DNA of 64,000 nucleotides from NCBI GenBank assembly GCA_046483985.1, contig JAWOCD010000039.1:45054-109053 (forward strand), written 5' to 3'. The notes under the pieces were generated by a model. The model had not been told where the DNA came from. It did no database searches and was given only the letters and a program-made list of their open reading frames with translations. Positions within the stretch are counted from its first letter, which is position 1; every line of letters starts with the position of its first letter. The position numbers and the translations under genes are program-made. Source of the DNA: Promethearchaeia archaeon. GTDB lineage: Archaea > Asgardarchaeota > Lokiarchaeia > Sigyniarchaeales > SOKP01. Positions 39,420 through 50,075 of the stretch are shown here, one piece after another.

Positions 39420-40808
39420 TTAGGAAAGCAAGTTAGAAATCTTTTTAAGGCGTAAGGTAACATATCGTCCTCCTAATGGGATAATTGAAAAAGAAGACTC
39501 ATATCCCCCCTCTCTATAGGCATCTATAGTATATAAGTATCCAATAGAATCGTTAGCTAATTCTATGATGAAAGGTTTTGAAGATGGATTGAGGTTTTTT
39601 ATATATTCTCGGACTTCATTCCCTAATTCCAAGAAATATTCGCCGGGAACTGTCCCGATTATTATATCTCCGAGTTGAATTACTTGAATCACAGATTGCA
39701 CATGGCAATCGATTTTCATCTTATCCACATTGAAAAAAATATTTGTTTTGAGGATTTTAAGTTTCTTGAGCCATGAGAACAGGTTTAATTTAATTCGAAA
39801 TATGATTTTATTCAATACCGACTGAAGATCAGAACCATAGGGATAATCTTTTATTGGTATTTTAATCTCATTTTTGATTACTTGTATTTGGTCAGTTGCT
39901 TTACATTTAATTTTATCTATAACTTTTACTGCTTGCGTTGCAATAATTTCTCCAGCTTGTTTTGCATCTTTCCATGTCCCTCTTTGTTGATAAATGTCTG
40001 CATCACTTACTCCCTTTTCGCCCTTTTCTTCCATTTTTTCCTTCAGTTCTGAACTAAGTGGATTAATATCTCCGCAAGGACCGTTAAAATAAAGAAAATG
40101 GGTGTTTTCATTCCCAACTTTCGATCTCAACTTTTTGATTAAATAACCTACATAATCTGCAGTGATTAAAGTGTTTTCTCTTGGCAACATTGTCCCATGA
40201 CATGCATAATTTAAAATGAGTCCTAATAGGTCGCCATCCGCACCTGGTTCAGCACTAGTTACCTTAATAACCGTTAAAGGATATTCAGCCTTATTATTGT
40301 TGAAAGGAGCTCGCCGATTAATTATAATCCTTTCTGATTTGGGCATTTTCGTTTGGATTGCCCCGATTTTTGCTTGCTTTTTGTTTTTATAAGCTTCTAC
40401 AGCAATTCTTAATAGTTTTTTGCCCAGAATAATAAGACCCCTACTATCGGGGTTTGGAAATAGAAACCCTTTTACCAAAGCCAAATTCCCGCCTGGTCTG
40501 AATAATCCACGGTAGTCCGGTCCATGATGCGTATGGGTAGCTGAAATCATAACGTTGCCCTTGTTAATTGGTAAATAGTTTGAAATTTTTTTAGTGACAA
40601 GTTCATATAATTTTCCGTTAATGGAAAGAAGATCGCAGATAATTAATAAGCAGTGCGTTTCAATATCAGCGGACCCTTCAATATAAACTGCACGAGCAAA
40701 AAGATCGTTATGAACCCCAGAGCATAATTCTCTTGGAGCATATCCTCCCAATTGGATTCCCTCTGGCGACTCTGGCGTAATAATAATCTCTGAAAAACCA
40801 ACCTTCAT
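39420..40808 (-). CDS. Neutral/alkaline ceramidase-like hydrolase
   Basis: LGGY, LFARA, SATHTHHGP, NYACHGT, GPCGDINP, PGE, GGYE. Confidence 0.85.
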   Translation of the reverse strand: MKVGFSEIIITPESPEGIQLGGYAPRELCSGVHNDLFARAVYIEGSADIETHCLLIICDLLSINGKLYELVTKKISNYLPINKGNVMISATHTHHGPDYRGLFRPGGNLALVKGFLFPNPDSRGLIILGKKLLRIAVEAYKNKKQAKIGAIQTKMPKSERIIINRRAPFNNNKAEYPLTVIKVTSAEPGADGDLLGLILNYACHGTMLPRENTLITADYVGYLIKKLRSKVGNENTHFLYFNGPCGDINPLSSELKEKMEEKGEKGVSDADIYQQRGTWKDAKQAGEIIATQAVKVIDKIKCKATDQIQVIKNEIKIPIKDYPYGSDLQSVLNKIIFRIKLNLFSWLKKLKILKTNIFFNVDKMKIDCHVQSVIQVIQLGDIIIGTVPGEYFLELGNEVREYIKNLNPSSKPFIIELANDSIGYLYTIDAYREGGYESSFSIIPLGGRYVTLRLKKISNLLS

Positions 40809-40878
40809 ATGTAATAAGATATAATCCTAACAATAATTTAAAATATAAATTCTGAAAAAGATATTATAAATAATAATA

Positions 40879-41613
40879 ATGTATGAATTAGATAATGAGA
40901 AAGATGTCCCTATATATAATCCTTGGGACCCTCATAACTGGAGTACGGCATGTCAGTTTAATCTAACTTTTTCCGTTATTCTCTTCTTAGATTTAGGTAT
41001 TGGCCGTGCTTTTGGTTTTCATTCAACCAATGGAGGCTATCTTTGGAATATATTCTCTGGATATGAACTTACTAATTATCTTTTCCCTCTCGTGACGTAT
41101 TGTACCATATTGGCTTTATCGCCTGTGCTCAACACGGATATCGATGATTCTCCTTTTTTTGGGGCTATATTAGTGAAAATCCTTCTGTTTTTGGGTTCCG
41201 CTCAATTTACGCTTATTGGGATTATCGCCGAATTCATCTTGGATTTGGGATACTCGGTTTTAATAGTCACCGTTTTGATCTTTAATATACTATTTGCTAT
41301 GGAGCAACCAAGTCACCATAGTCTTCTCATGGTTCTGGGTATTGCCTTATTTGTTATTCAACTGGTTTTAGATGTGGCCATTTCTGGTTGGTGCATAGGA
41401 TATGTTTGGATTATATTGATTCTCGGAGGACTTGCGTTAGCAATCTTTCTTATCCGTCAAAAGAAGACGTTAATCGGATCTGTGCTTTCCATTACCTTGT
41501 TAGTTTTAAATAATTATATTTTACCAATGGGTATTAACAGCCTCGGAGTGGGCTCATTGATAATCTTAGCTAGTGCCATATTGCTGCTTATCAGCAATAT
41601 TCTGGGGGTTTAG
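40879..41613 (+). CDS. Multi-pass membrane protein, function unknown
   Basis: 244 aa, mostly hydrophobic helices. Confidence 0.65.
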   Translation: MYELDNEKDVPIYNPWDPHNWSTACQFNLTFSVILFLDLGIGRAFGFHSTNGGYLWNIFSGYELTNYLFPLVTYCTILALSPVLNTDIDDSPFFGAILVKILLFLGSAQFTLIGIIAEFILDLGYSVLIVTVLIFNILFAMEQPSHHSLLMVLGIALFVIQLVLDVAISGWCIGYVWIILILGGLALAIFLIRQKKTLIGSVLSITLLVLNNYILPMGINSLGVGSLIILASAILLLISNILGV

Positions 41614-41668
41614 CGCTAATTTCGGCTGAAGAAGTTAAATATATATTCCAATCTCTTCCCTCGAGACA

Positions 41669-41794
41669 TCAAAGTTTAATGGTAACTTTTATTCCTCTGA
41701 TTTCTTGGACTTTTTCAGTTAATTTTCGTCTCAACATTTCTCAGATTTGCTTGTATTTCGGGTTTTTCGCTAAATTCCCTTGCTCATGCGGGTT
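41669..41794 (-). pseudogene. C-terminal remnant of a sulfatase-like gene
   Basis: NPHEQGNLAKNPKYKQI*EMLRRKL resembles the sulfatase tail DPxExxNLAxxPxYxxxxxxLRxxL; internal stop, no start. Confidence 0.55.
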
Positions 41795-41885
41795 CGAGAA
41801 GTGGGGTTCAATTAAATATCTTTGAAGCTTAATTAAACATTTTAAGACTAAAAGATATATATTTTATTATTAATATTACATTTTT

Positions 41886-43295
41886 TTGAAATATAAAATG
41901 GCATATCAGAGCCCAAGAATATATAATTTATTTCCACGTTTGATTGGCTCCATTAATCATTGGTATGACCATATAGAACGTATTATAAATATGGATTTTA
42001 ATTGGATATATACAAATCCTTTAAACTTTCCGGGATTTTCTGGTTCTCTATATTCTACCAAAGATCCTTTCAAATTCAATCCCCTCTTTACCCCTTCTGA
42101 AAAAGCCGCAGAACCTTATTCATGGGAACCACTAATAAGTTTTATTGAGGAGTGCCATAACCAAGACTTGAAATTCATGATGGGATTGATTATTAACCAC
42201 ATGGCAATAGATAGTTATCTTTTAACAGAACATAAAAGGTGGTTTAAAAAGAAATGGGCTCTTCTTGAGAAATCGACACGTTTGCCGGTTAAGTTTTATG
42301 AAGGAGAAGAGATGCCTGATGTAGAATACGCTAAGGATGAATATATTTTAGAATATCGCCTTGCCAACCCTTATGCAATTGACCCCGATGATGCGAGGAA
42401 GATAACCATTTACGGAGACCTTGCGGAACTAGACTACAAGGATCCCGAGGTTTATGATGAGATAATTGATTATTGGAAAGAGTATTTTGATTTTGTCTTA
42501 GAGTTGGGAATTGATGGATTTCGATGTGAATCTGCTTACCAAGTTCCCCACAACGCATGGGAGGACCTGATTTCCTACGTTAAATCTAAAGACCCAAATA
42601 TCTTATTTTTCGCCGATACACTGGGTTGCTCCCTTGAACAATGCCGAGATATTTCTAATGCAGGGTTCGATTACATTCATAGCAGTAGCAAATGGTGGGA
42701 TTTTCAAGAATCTTGGCTTATTGACCAGTATAATGAATTTCGAAAACATGCCCCTTCCGTTAGTTTTCCCGAATCCCACGATACGGGACGAGTCGCCAAG
42801 GAAACCAATGGAAATAAAGATATTCAGATTTTCCGATATTTGTTTGCCGCATTCTTTTCTGCTGGTGTCTTGATGCCCCTTGGCTATGAATACGGGTTTA
42901 AAATTCCTATCGATGTAGTCGAAATGAAGCCTGGGGATTGGGAAAAAAAAACATTCGATATCTCAGATGAAATAAGGCAAATAAATGAATTTAAACAAAA
43001 CTATCGATGTCTAAATGAAGATGGAAAGATCATCCATTATCCTTATGAAGATCGGAATATCTTGGTGATAAGAAAGAGCAGTAGGGATAACCGAGAGCAT
43101 TTTCTTTTAATATACAATAAAGATTGGTCTAATTCTCATCTAGTCAATATTACTGATTTGACTACAAAGCTCGATTTGGGAACCCCTATATATCAAGTTT
43201 TTATAGGAGGAGAAAAGCAAAAAATGGAGAAAGCAGCTGTTGAGCAAAATTTAGCGCCTAGTGAATTTATTCTTCTTTTTCAAGAATCAAATTAG
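41886..43295 (+). CDS. GH13 alpha-amylase family protein (GlgE-like) with atypical catalytic residues
   Basis: IYNLFPRL, GSLYS, INH, GFRCES, FADTLG, ESHDT. Confidence 0.88.
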   Translation: MKYKMAYQSPRIYNLFPRLIGSINHWYDHIERIINMDFNWIYTNPLNFPGFSGSLYSTKDPFKFNPLFTPSEKAAEPYSWEPLISFIEECHNQDLKFMMGLIINHMAIDSYLLTEHKRWFKKKWALLEKSTRLPVKFYEGEEMPDVEYAKDEYILEYRLANPYAIDPDDARKITIYGDLAELDYKDPEVYDEIIDYWKEYFDFVLELGIDGFRCESAYQVPHNAWEDLISYVKSKDPNILFFADTLGCSLEQCRDISNAGFDYIHSSSKWWDFQESWLIDQYNEFRKHAPSVSFPESHDTGRVAKETNGNKDIQIFRYLFAAFFSAGVLMPLGYEYGFKIPIDVVEMKPGDWEKKTFDISDEIRQINEFKQNYRCLNEDGKIIHYPYEDRNILVIRKSSRDNREHFLLIYNKDWSNSHLVNITDLTTKLDLGTPIYQVFIGGEKQKMEKAAVEQNLAPSEFILLFQESN

Positions 43296-43304
43296 AAACT
43301 TAAA

Positions 43305-44324
43305 TTATTCTTCGCTATTTATAAGGTTATTAATGATTATTTCGCAAATATCAGCGGCATATTCTCCCGTTCTCCGGATGCTTTCAACGATATATCCAAT
43401 TGCAATATAAGATTCAACTTTTATATGACCTGGGTCAATATTAATATCCTCGCACAGATTGACCAATTCACTGATTGATTCAATATTTTCGTTGGCGATT
43501 GTGATATCGTTTTGCATCCATGCGTCCATGCTATTTGTTAAAGCTTTCATTGAAATCTCACTTGCTTTGAGTATTTTTTCTAACAAGTTGGAATCTAACT
43601 TCTGGTCGATCACTTTTAGCACATTTTCCGCAATCTTTACAGCATGATCACCCACTCTCTCCAGAAGCCTACTCATCTGTTGGTAGTGGTGGGCACTTTC
43701 TAAGGTTACCCCCATTTTTTGAGAAAGGATGATATCTCTTAGAACAATATGAGACTGTCTGCCGATTAACCAATGAAGCCTATCTACTTCGTTATCTCTA
43801 TTCACGACCTCTTTTGCCAAGTTTTTTTTTCTCTCCTTGAGCGCATTGATCGCATCCCTATGCATATTTTCTGCTAAAATATACATCCGTTTGATGGTTT
43901 TTTCGAACGGCATCTCTTTTGGATTTAAGAGATCCTTCATCATCACATAATTGTTTGATTCTTCCAAAATCTCTGGACCGATGGCAATTCTGATGAATTT
44001 CCGAATGATGGATCTTACTTTCGGTTCCATTTTCCTGCTAGATTTGACAATAATCCTCGAATATCCCATAATATAAGTACCAATTAGCAGACGGAAGACA
44101 AAATTTGGGTTTTCATTTCCTTCAATGTTAATCTCTTTGGATTTTAAAACTGCCTTATCTTCAAATTTTGGTGTGATCAAAAGATTTCCATCTGGTTGGG
44201 CGATGATTCCTAAGGTGTCGTTTTTTTCTATCCCCGACTTTACGACCCAGCCTTTAGGGAGGCTTATGATGAAACTGCTCCCTCCCGTCCTTTGCACTTT
44301 TCGTGTTTCTATATTGTTATTCAT
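43305..44324 (-). CDS. Archaeal phosphate-uptake regulator (AbrB-type N-terminus plus PhoU domains)
   Basis: ETRKVQRTGGSSFIISLPK.W, DNEVDRL, LERVGDHA; divergent from pst genes. Confidence 0.92.
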   Translation of the reverse strand: MNNNIETRKVQRTGGSSFIISLPKGWVVKSGIEKNDTLGIIAQPDGNLLITPKFEDKAVLKSKEINIEGNENPNFVFRLLIGTYIMGYSRIIVKSSRKMEPKVRSIIRKFIRIAIGPEILEESNNYVMMKDLLNPKEMPFEKTIKRMYILAENMHRDAINALKERKKNLAKEVVNRDNEVDRLHWLIGRQSHIVLRDIILSQKMGVTLESAHHYQQMSRLLERVGDHAVKIAENVLKVIDQKLDSNLLEKILKASEISMKALTNSMDAWMQNDITIANENIESISELVNLCEDINIDPGHIKVESYIAIGYIVESIRRTGEYAADICEIIINNLINSEE

Positions 44325-44365
44325 TGATAAAATAAATTATTAATATATATTTTAATATTTTCTTT

Positions 44366-44549
44366 ATAGATTATATAGTCTAATATAGATTGATATATAT
44401 AATGAAAAAAACACCCTTTTAGGTTCTTTTTTTCAATTAAAAAACCTTCTCAGAAGTGTCGAGAAGTTTGTTTTCTTGGTATATATAGGACATTATCCAT
44501 TAATATAGAATTTAAAGATGGATTCTCTGATATGGTTTTCTATATAGAA
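44366..44549. promoter_or_regulatory. TATATAG-centred palindromes in the divergent regulator/pstS promoter
   Basis: TAGATTATATAGTCTA (44366-44381), GTATATATAGG (~44479), perfect TTCTATATAGAA (44538-44549). Confidence 0.4.
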
Positions 44550-44655
44550 TATATGTTGATATTTATACTCTAACTCTCTATTTATTCTCTATTCGTATTT
44601 CTTTTATTAAGGCGGGAAATACCATTAAATAGTAACTTTAATGGTGTAAAAAAGA

Positions 44656-45552
44656 ATGGAAAAAAAACCGTTAATCATAGTAGTGGTTTTTTTTTATGGA
44701 CTATTTTTTTTATGGACTATTTTTGGAATTTTGAGTCCGGCGGTTATTACTATTAAGGTAAGCGGATCTACTACTGTCTTGCCGATCGGCAGTTCATGCG
44801 CAGAAGACTTTATGGAAAACAACCCGAACTATGATATTCAAGTTAGTGGAGGCGGATCTTCTGTTGGAGTGGCAAATGCGGGAGAAGGCACAATAGATAT
44901 TGGTATGGCTTCACGAGATGTAAAATCCGGCGAGCTTGAAGACTATCAGGATTTATATATCTATGGGGTAGCTAAAGACGGGCTCGCAGTTTGTGTAAAT
45001 GATGGTAATAATATAGACGGGTTGAATTTCACTGTAATCTATCATATTTTTAATGGGACCTCTGGATGGACAACTTGGGACGAGATTAATGAGAAATCTG
45101 GACTAAGCACCAATTTAACCGGGGATATCGTCGTATTAGGGAGAGACAGTAATTCAGGTACTCGGGCATCTTTCGAGGAATTAGTGAATATAGACGATAA
45201 TCCGCTTGAAGATGAAGAGCTTGCCTATGATCAAGAACTAGGATCAAATGGGGAAGTCGGCGATAAACTTAGTACTACATCGGGGGCAATCGGATACTTG
45301 GGTCTAGGGTATATAGATAAAGATGGTATTAAGGCGCTTCCAGTCAATGGAGTCGACCTGGAAAAATCAACAGTACAAGAGGGGTCTTATAAATTATCCC
45401 GTACCTTATTTATGATGACTAAAGGTAAACCCGATGACGCAGAGCAAGCTTTTCTCGATTTTGTCCTAAGTGATGCTGGCCAAGCAATCGTAGAAGAAGA
45501 AGGATACATTGCGTTGGGCAATGATTATGAAAATCCGCATATCAAACCCTAA
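44656..45552 (+). CDS. pstS: Phosphate ABC transporter substrate-binding protein
   Basis: VSGSTTVLP, GGGSSVG, IGMASR, RDSNSGTR; N-terminal TM anchor. Confidence 0.95.
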   Translation: MEKKPLIIVVVFFYGLFFLWTIFGILSPAVITIKVSGSTTVLPIGSSCAEDFMENNPNYDIQVSGGGSSVGVANAGEGTIDIGMASRDVKSGELEDYQDLYIYGVAKDGLAVCVNDGNNIDGLNFTVIYHIFNGTSGWTTWDEINEKSGLSTNLTGDIVVLGRDSNSGTRASFEELVNIDDNPLEDEELAYDQELGSNGEVGDKLSTTSGAIGYLGLGYIDKDGIKALPVNGVDLEKSTVQEGSYKLSRTLFMMTKGKPDDAEQAFLDFVLSDAGQAIVEEEGYIALGNDYENPHIKP

Positions 45553-45778
45553 AAAGATTTGATTACTAACAATAATCAGATTCAAGAATCTCTGAAATAA
45601 CTTCTCTTTTTTTTATTTTACAATAAAACTAACTATCTCCTATTCCTTAGATTGTTATCAACTGCTTAATAATTATATGGAATATATATCACTATATATT
45701 CTATGAAGAGATGGAATATAAAAATCCCTATGTTTTCTTCATTTAGAAAAAAAGTAAAATACAAAAATTGAATATATA

Positions 45779-47755
45779 ATGGAATCATCTATGGAAGAAC
45801 TAATCGAATTAGATGAAGATTCTTTGAAGATTGAAGGGCAGAACGAGAATCTTAAAGAATCGGTCATTACGAAATTACTACTAATTAGCGCTGTCTTTGC
45901 TACTATAATTGTATTTTTGATAATTCTGTTTCTCTTTTTCCAAGCCGGGGATTTTTTCCAGAGTATCTCATTGGTTAAATTTTTATTTACAAATAATTGG
46001 CGACCTACGTATGACCCTCCTGGCTATGGGGCATTCGCCATCATCCTCGGCTCTTTTTTAGTTACCTTTGGAGCAATTGTGATTGCAATTCCCCTTGGAA
46101 TTTTTTGCGCAATCTTTATTTCCGAAATAGCGCCTCCAAGGATTGGAAAAATCATGAAGGCAGTAGTCGAAATTCTTTCGGGTATACCGTCCGTCGTATT
46201 TGGATTCTTCGGGCTTATTGTTCTTGATCCGTGGATTCAATCCATTTTCAACGTTCCTACGGGAGCAACGTGGTTGGCGGGGTCGATCATATTAGCAGTT
46301 ATGGCTTTACCCACAATAGTAAGCGTTTCTGAGGATGCAATTAGTTCAGTTCCAAAAGAATACAAAGAGGGCTCTTTAGCCTTAGGCTCAACTAAATGGC
46401 AAATGATTTGGAACGTGCTATTACCCGCGGCATTATCTGGTATTACCGCTGCAATTATTTTAGGAATCGGGCGGGCAATTGGAGAGACTATGGCCGTTAT
46501 GATGGTGACCGGAAATGTAGCAAGAATCCCCAACCCCTTATTTAATGTATTCTCTCCAATCCGAACAATAACTGGAACAATTGCCATCGAAATGGGAGAA
46601 GCGCCAGCGGGGAGTACACATCAATTATCGCTTTATGCTTTGGCAATTGTTTTATTTATAATCGTTTTGGTTATTAATACAATTGCAAATATCATTAAAA
46701 ATAGGATAAGCGCGAGATTCAAAGCAGATAAGGAGGAGAGAAAGACCGTCCCCGAGACACTCAAAAGGTATAAAAAGCCAATTTTCTACTTGACGATCTT
46801 GGTGCTTCTAAATATCCTTTTCATTAATTGGTTTGGAATCTTAATGGATTTTATTCTCATGGCAGTTCTTTTAAGTTCGTTCTATCTTATTCGGAAACTT
46901 TCTGCCCGTAATCAACAATTCCTTGCTTATGGTGTGATAGTTCTTTCTACTATTATTGTGCTGACAGCCTTAGGGATAATCTTATATGATATCATATCCA
47001 AGGGCCTACCTGCATTATCCATAGAATTTCTTACCGAATCACCCAGGGACTTGGGAAGGGAGGGCGGCATATTTCCCGCGATAGTGGGAACATTATTTTT
47101 GGTCATGGGAACTGTTCTTTTTGCAGTTCCGATTGGGATTGCCGCGGGTATATATCTCGCAGAATATGCAAAAGATAATAGATTCATCAGACTTATTAGA
47201 TTAGGAATAGATAATTTAAATGGCACACCTTCCATAGTTTTTGGGCTATTCGGATACACGGTTTTTGTCTTATTGTGGTCTCAATTTGGGATTGTTGATG
47301 GAAGAACGATGTTAGCTGGCCAATTAACTATGGCATTGATGATTTTACCCACAATCATTAGAACTACCGAAGAAGCCTTGATAAGCGTTCCCCAATCGGT
47401 AAGAGATGGGAGTCTCGCTTTAGGGTCCTCTAAATGGCAGAGTATTAGCAGAGTAGCCCTTCCAGCTGCTATTCCGGGAGTTATCACGGGAATTATTTTA
47501 GGAATGGGACGGTCAGCCGGGGAGACCGCACCTATTCTATTTACAGCAACGACCTTTCAACAGCGATTTTTACCGAGAACTCCACTTTCACCCGTAATGG
47601 CGTTGCCTTATCATCTATTTGTCTTATCGACGGGAGTTCCTCATGCAGACCAAACTGCAGCGGGTACTGCTTTAGTGTTGCTCATCTTAGTGGTTTTATT
47701 ATATTCAGTCGCAATATATATTCGCAATTATTATCAAAAGAAAATTCAATGGTGA
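45779..47755 (+). CDS. pstC/pstA: Fused phosphate ABC permease PstC-PstA
   Basis: Two permease modules in one frame: [17 protein letters not shown], then [23 protein letters not shown]. Confidence 0.93.
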   Translation: MESSMEELIELDEDSLKIEGQNENLKESVITKLLLISAVFATIIVFLIILFLFFQAGDFFQSISLVKFLFTNNWRPTYDPPGYGAFAIILGSFLVTFGAIVIAIPLGIFCAIFISEIAPPRIGKIMKAVVEILSGIPSVVFGFFGLIVLDPWIQSIFNVPTGATWLAGSIILAVMALPTIVSVSEDAISSVPKEYKEGSLALGSTKWQMIWNVLLPAALSGITAAIILGIGRAIGETMAVMMVTGNVARIPNPLFNVFSPIRTITGTIAIEMGEAPAGSTHQLSLYALAIVLFIIVLVINTIANIIKNRISARFKADKEERKTVPETLKRYKKPIFYLTILVLLNILFINWFGILMDFILMAVLLSSFYLIRKLSARNQQFLAYGVIVLSTIIVLTALGIILYDIISKGLPALSIEFLTESPRDLGREGGIFPAIVGTLFLVMGTVLFAVPIGIAAGIYLAEYAKDNRFIRLIRLGIDNLNGTPSIVFGLFGYTVFVLLWSQFGIVDGRTMLAGQLTMALMILPTIIRTTEEALISVPQSVRDGSLALGSSKWQSISRVALPAAIPGVITGIILGMGRSAGETAPILFTATTFQQRFLPRTPLSPVMALPYHLFVLSTGVPHADQTAAGTALVLLILVVLLYSVAIYIRNYYQKKIQW

Positions 47756-48636
47756 ATATTATGAATTTAAATATAATAGGCAAAAATAGAGATAATAGCG
47801 CAAATGACAATAAGCATGTAGAAATAAAAATGGGTAATCTAAAGAGAACTAAAGAAAATATAGACCAGACACGTGAAGAAAATAAGTTGATTTTAGAGTG
47901 CTGTGATTTAGATCTGTGGTATGATGATTTTCAAGCTTTAAAAAACATCAATATGCCTATTACGAAGAATAAAGTCACTGCAATTATAGGCCCCTCTGGC
48001 TGCGGAAAATCGACCTTAATCCGATGTTTGAATAGAATGAATGATGTAATTGAAGGATGTAAAATTCAAGGCGAAGTAAAATTTCATGGGAAAAATATTT
48101 ACAATAAAAACATAAATGTTATGAATGTAAGAACCCGCATCGGGATGATTTTCCAAAAGCCAAACCCATTTCCGATGAGCATTTATGACAACCTCGCCTA
48201 TGGACCTAAGTTACACGGAACTAAAAAGAAAGAAAAACTGGATGAAATAGTTGAGAAAAGTCTTAAGCGGGCGGCAATTTGGGGAGAGGTTAAGGATCGT
48301 TTGGATCAATCTGCATTAGGGCTTTCCGGCGGGCAGCAACAGCGAATTTGCATTGCAAGAGCGTTATCGATTGAACCGGAGGTCATTTTAATGGATGAAC
48401 CAACCTCCTCACTAGATCCCATCGCAACGTCAAAAATCGAAGAATTGATATTTGAACTAAAGAAAAAATACACCGTGGTCATCGTTACACACAATATGCA
48501 ACAAGCTGCTCGAATTTCCGATTTTACTGGATTTATGTACCTTGGGGAATTAGTGGAATATGGAAAGACAATACAAATTTTTGAAAAACCAGAAAAGGAA
48601 TTAACTGAAAACTACATTACCGGAAGATTTGGATAA
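47749..48636 (+). CDS. pstB: Phosphate ABC transporter ATP-binding protein
   Basis: [32 protein letters not shown]. Confidence 0.96.
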   Translation: MVNIMNLNIIGKNRDNSANDNKHVEIKMGNLKRTKENIDQTREENKLILECCDLDLWYDDFQALKNINMPITKNKVTAIIGPSGCGKSTLIRCLNRMNDVIEGCKIQGEVKFHGKNIYNKNINVMNVRTRIGMIFQKPNPFPMSIYDNLAYGPKLHGTKKKEKLDEIVEKSLKRAAIWGEVKDRLDQSALGLSGGQQQRICIARALSIEPEVILMDEPTSSLDPIATSKIEELIFELKKKYTVVIVTHNMQQAARISDFTGFMYLGELVEYGKTIQIFEKPEKELTENYITGRFG

Positions 48637-48656
48637 ATAAAATAAGGTGAAGAGAA

Positions 48657-49310
48657 TTGGCACAAAATAAAATGCGACAAGAAGTATTTGCCTTAAAGAA
48701 ACGAGTAATTGAAATGGCGAATTTAGCCTCCTCTATGTTAGCCGATGCAATGCAAGCCCTTCAAGAGCATGATGTAGATTTAGCAAATAAAACGGAACAA
48801 AAAAAGCACAAATTAAGAGCCCTCGATTATGAAATTGAAAAAGAAGCCTTGCATCTTATTGCATTATATCAGCCATTGGCAATTGATCTCCGCCGAAGTG
48901 CAGCCATCTTAAAAATAATTACGTATTTGACGAGAATTGGCCGCTATGGAAAGGATATTGCTCAAATTGTGGCTTATTTGAATGATAACGAAGCACCAAA
49001 TAGATTTATAAATCTAAAACATATTTGGGAGCATGTACAGTCCATGATTGATGATGCAATCCAAGCTTTTGATGAAAGTGACATAAAATATATCCAAAAT
49101 TTTGAGAAGAGAGATGATGAGGTTGATAGCCTGCGATGGAGTATTTTTCGAGAATCTGTAAGTTATATGATGGAAGACCCTCACTGCATTACCCCATGTG
49201 CCCACATCTTAATGATTGCACGGTACTTAGAACGTTGCGGGGACCACGCATGCAAAATTGCCGAAAAAGTCCATTATATGGTTACAGGAGAGCATAAAGA
49301 AATTTCTTGA
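48657..49310 (+). CDS. phoU: Phosphate signalling protein PhoU
   Basis: QPLAIDLR, DDEVD, LERCGDHA; follows pstB. Confidence 0.94.
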   Translation: MAQNKMRQEVFALKKRVIEMANLASSMLADAMQALQEHDVDLANKTEQKKHKLRALDYEIEKEALHLIALYQPLAIDLRRSAAILKIITYLTRIGRYGKDIAQIVAYLNDNEAPNRFINLKHIWEHVQSMIDDAIQAFDESDIKYIQNFEKRDDEVDSLRWSIFRESVSYMMEDPHCITPCAHILMIARYLERCGDHACKIAEKVHYMVTGEHKEIS

Positions 49311-49480
49311 TAAATTTTATTTTCTATTCGTTTTGGTCTTTTTTTCCAAACTTAATCCCAATTTCTGGATTATATGATTAAAAATTATTATAGCAAAAGA
49401 CAATAATTAAAAACTAGTGATAAAGATTATGGGAAAAACATTTAAGTTTAAGAAATAGAATAACGGAACGCTCGTTATTA

Positions 49481-49586
49481 TGGTGGGAAAGAGGGGACTT
49501 GAACCCCTGAACTCTCAGCGTCCAGATACTTCGGATCTCCGAAGTATTCCCCAGCCGAGAATCATACCATGCTAGACTACCTTCCC
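49481..49586 (-). tRNA. tRNA-Pro(GGG) with canonical 37/38 intron (49520..49548) and encoded CCA
   Basis: GGGAAGG/CTTTCCC acceptor, CTCGG/CTGAG anticodon stem, AGGGG-TTCAAGT-CCCCT T arm, BHB intron with a 9-bp hairpin. Confidence 0.92.
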
Positions 49587-49759
49587 ATATTTTCTTGTGG
49601 AATACTTTAAATTATAGTACAAAATTTAAATCTATGATAGGTAAAGAAAACTCTCACTTAAAATTTTCACTCTCACTTAAAATCTATACTCATAATTTTT
49701 AAATGTATTAGAAGTTTCATTTACATGAGCTAAATAAAAATTATAAAACAGTTTTCATT

Positions 49760-50056
49760 ATGAGAGAAATTGGCGATTTTAAAATAATATGGCCAGCTTA
49801 CCTTGATTTGAAACGTTCTAGGAGCGAAGGTCGCCGCTTACCGAAAAAATATGCAATTGATAAAATTTCAATCAAAGACATCGTAAAAGCTTCAAGAAGA
49901 TTGGGTTATGATGTCCAAGTAGAGAGAAGAATGCGCTACCCACGAACATGGTGGGATAGGTCTGGGAGAGTCTTGATTGATACCAAGGGAAAAAGAAAAT
50001 CTCATGTCATTAAAGAGATCGCCAAAGAAATAAAAAAAATGAGAAAAATGAGTTAG
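49760..50056 (+). CDS. srp19: Signal recognition particle 19 kDa protein
   Basis: IIWPAYLD..RSRSEGRR.P, YPR.WW...GRV. Confidence 0.95.
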   Translation: MREIGDFKIIWPAYLDLKRSRSEGRRLPKKYAIDKISIKDIVKASRRLGYDVQVERRMRYPRTWWDRSGRVLIDTKGKRKSHVIKEIAKEIKKMRKMS

Positions 50057-50075
50057 GTCTATCCTTTTTATAATT

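Noticed and set aside
41741-41746. In-frame TGA in the sulfatase relic as selenocysteine
   Set aside because: Not at a Cys position, no start codon and no SECIS-like element seen.
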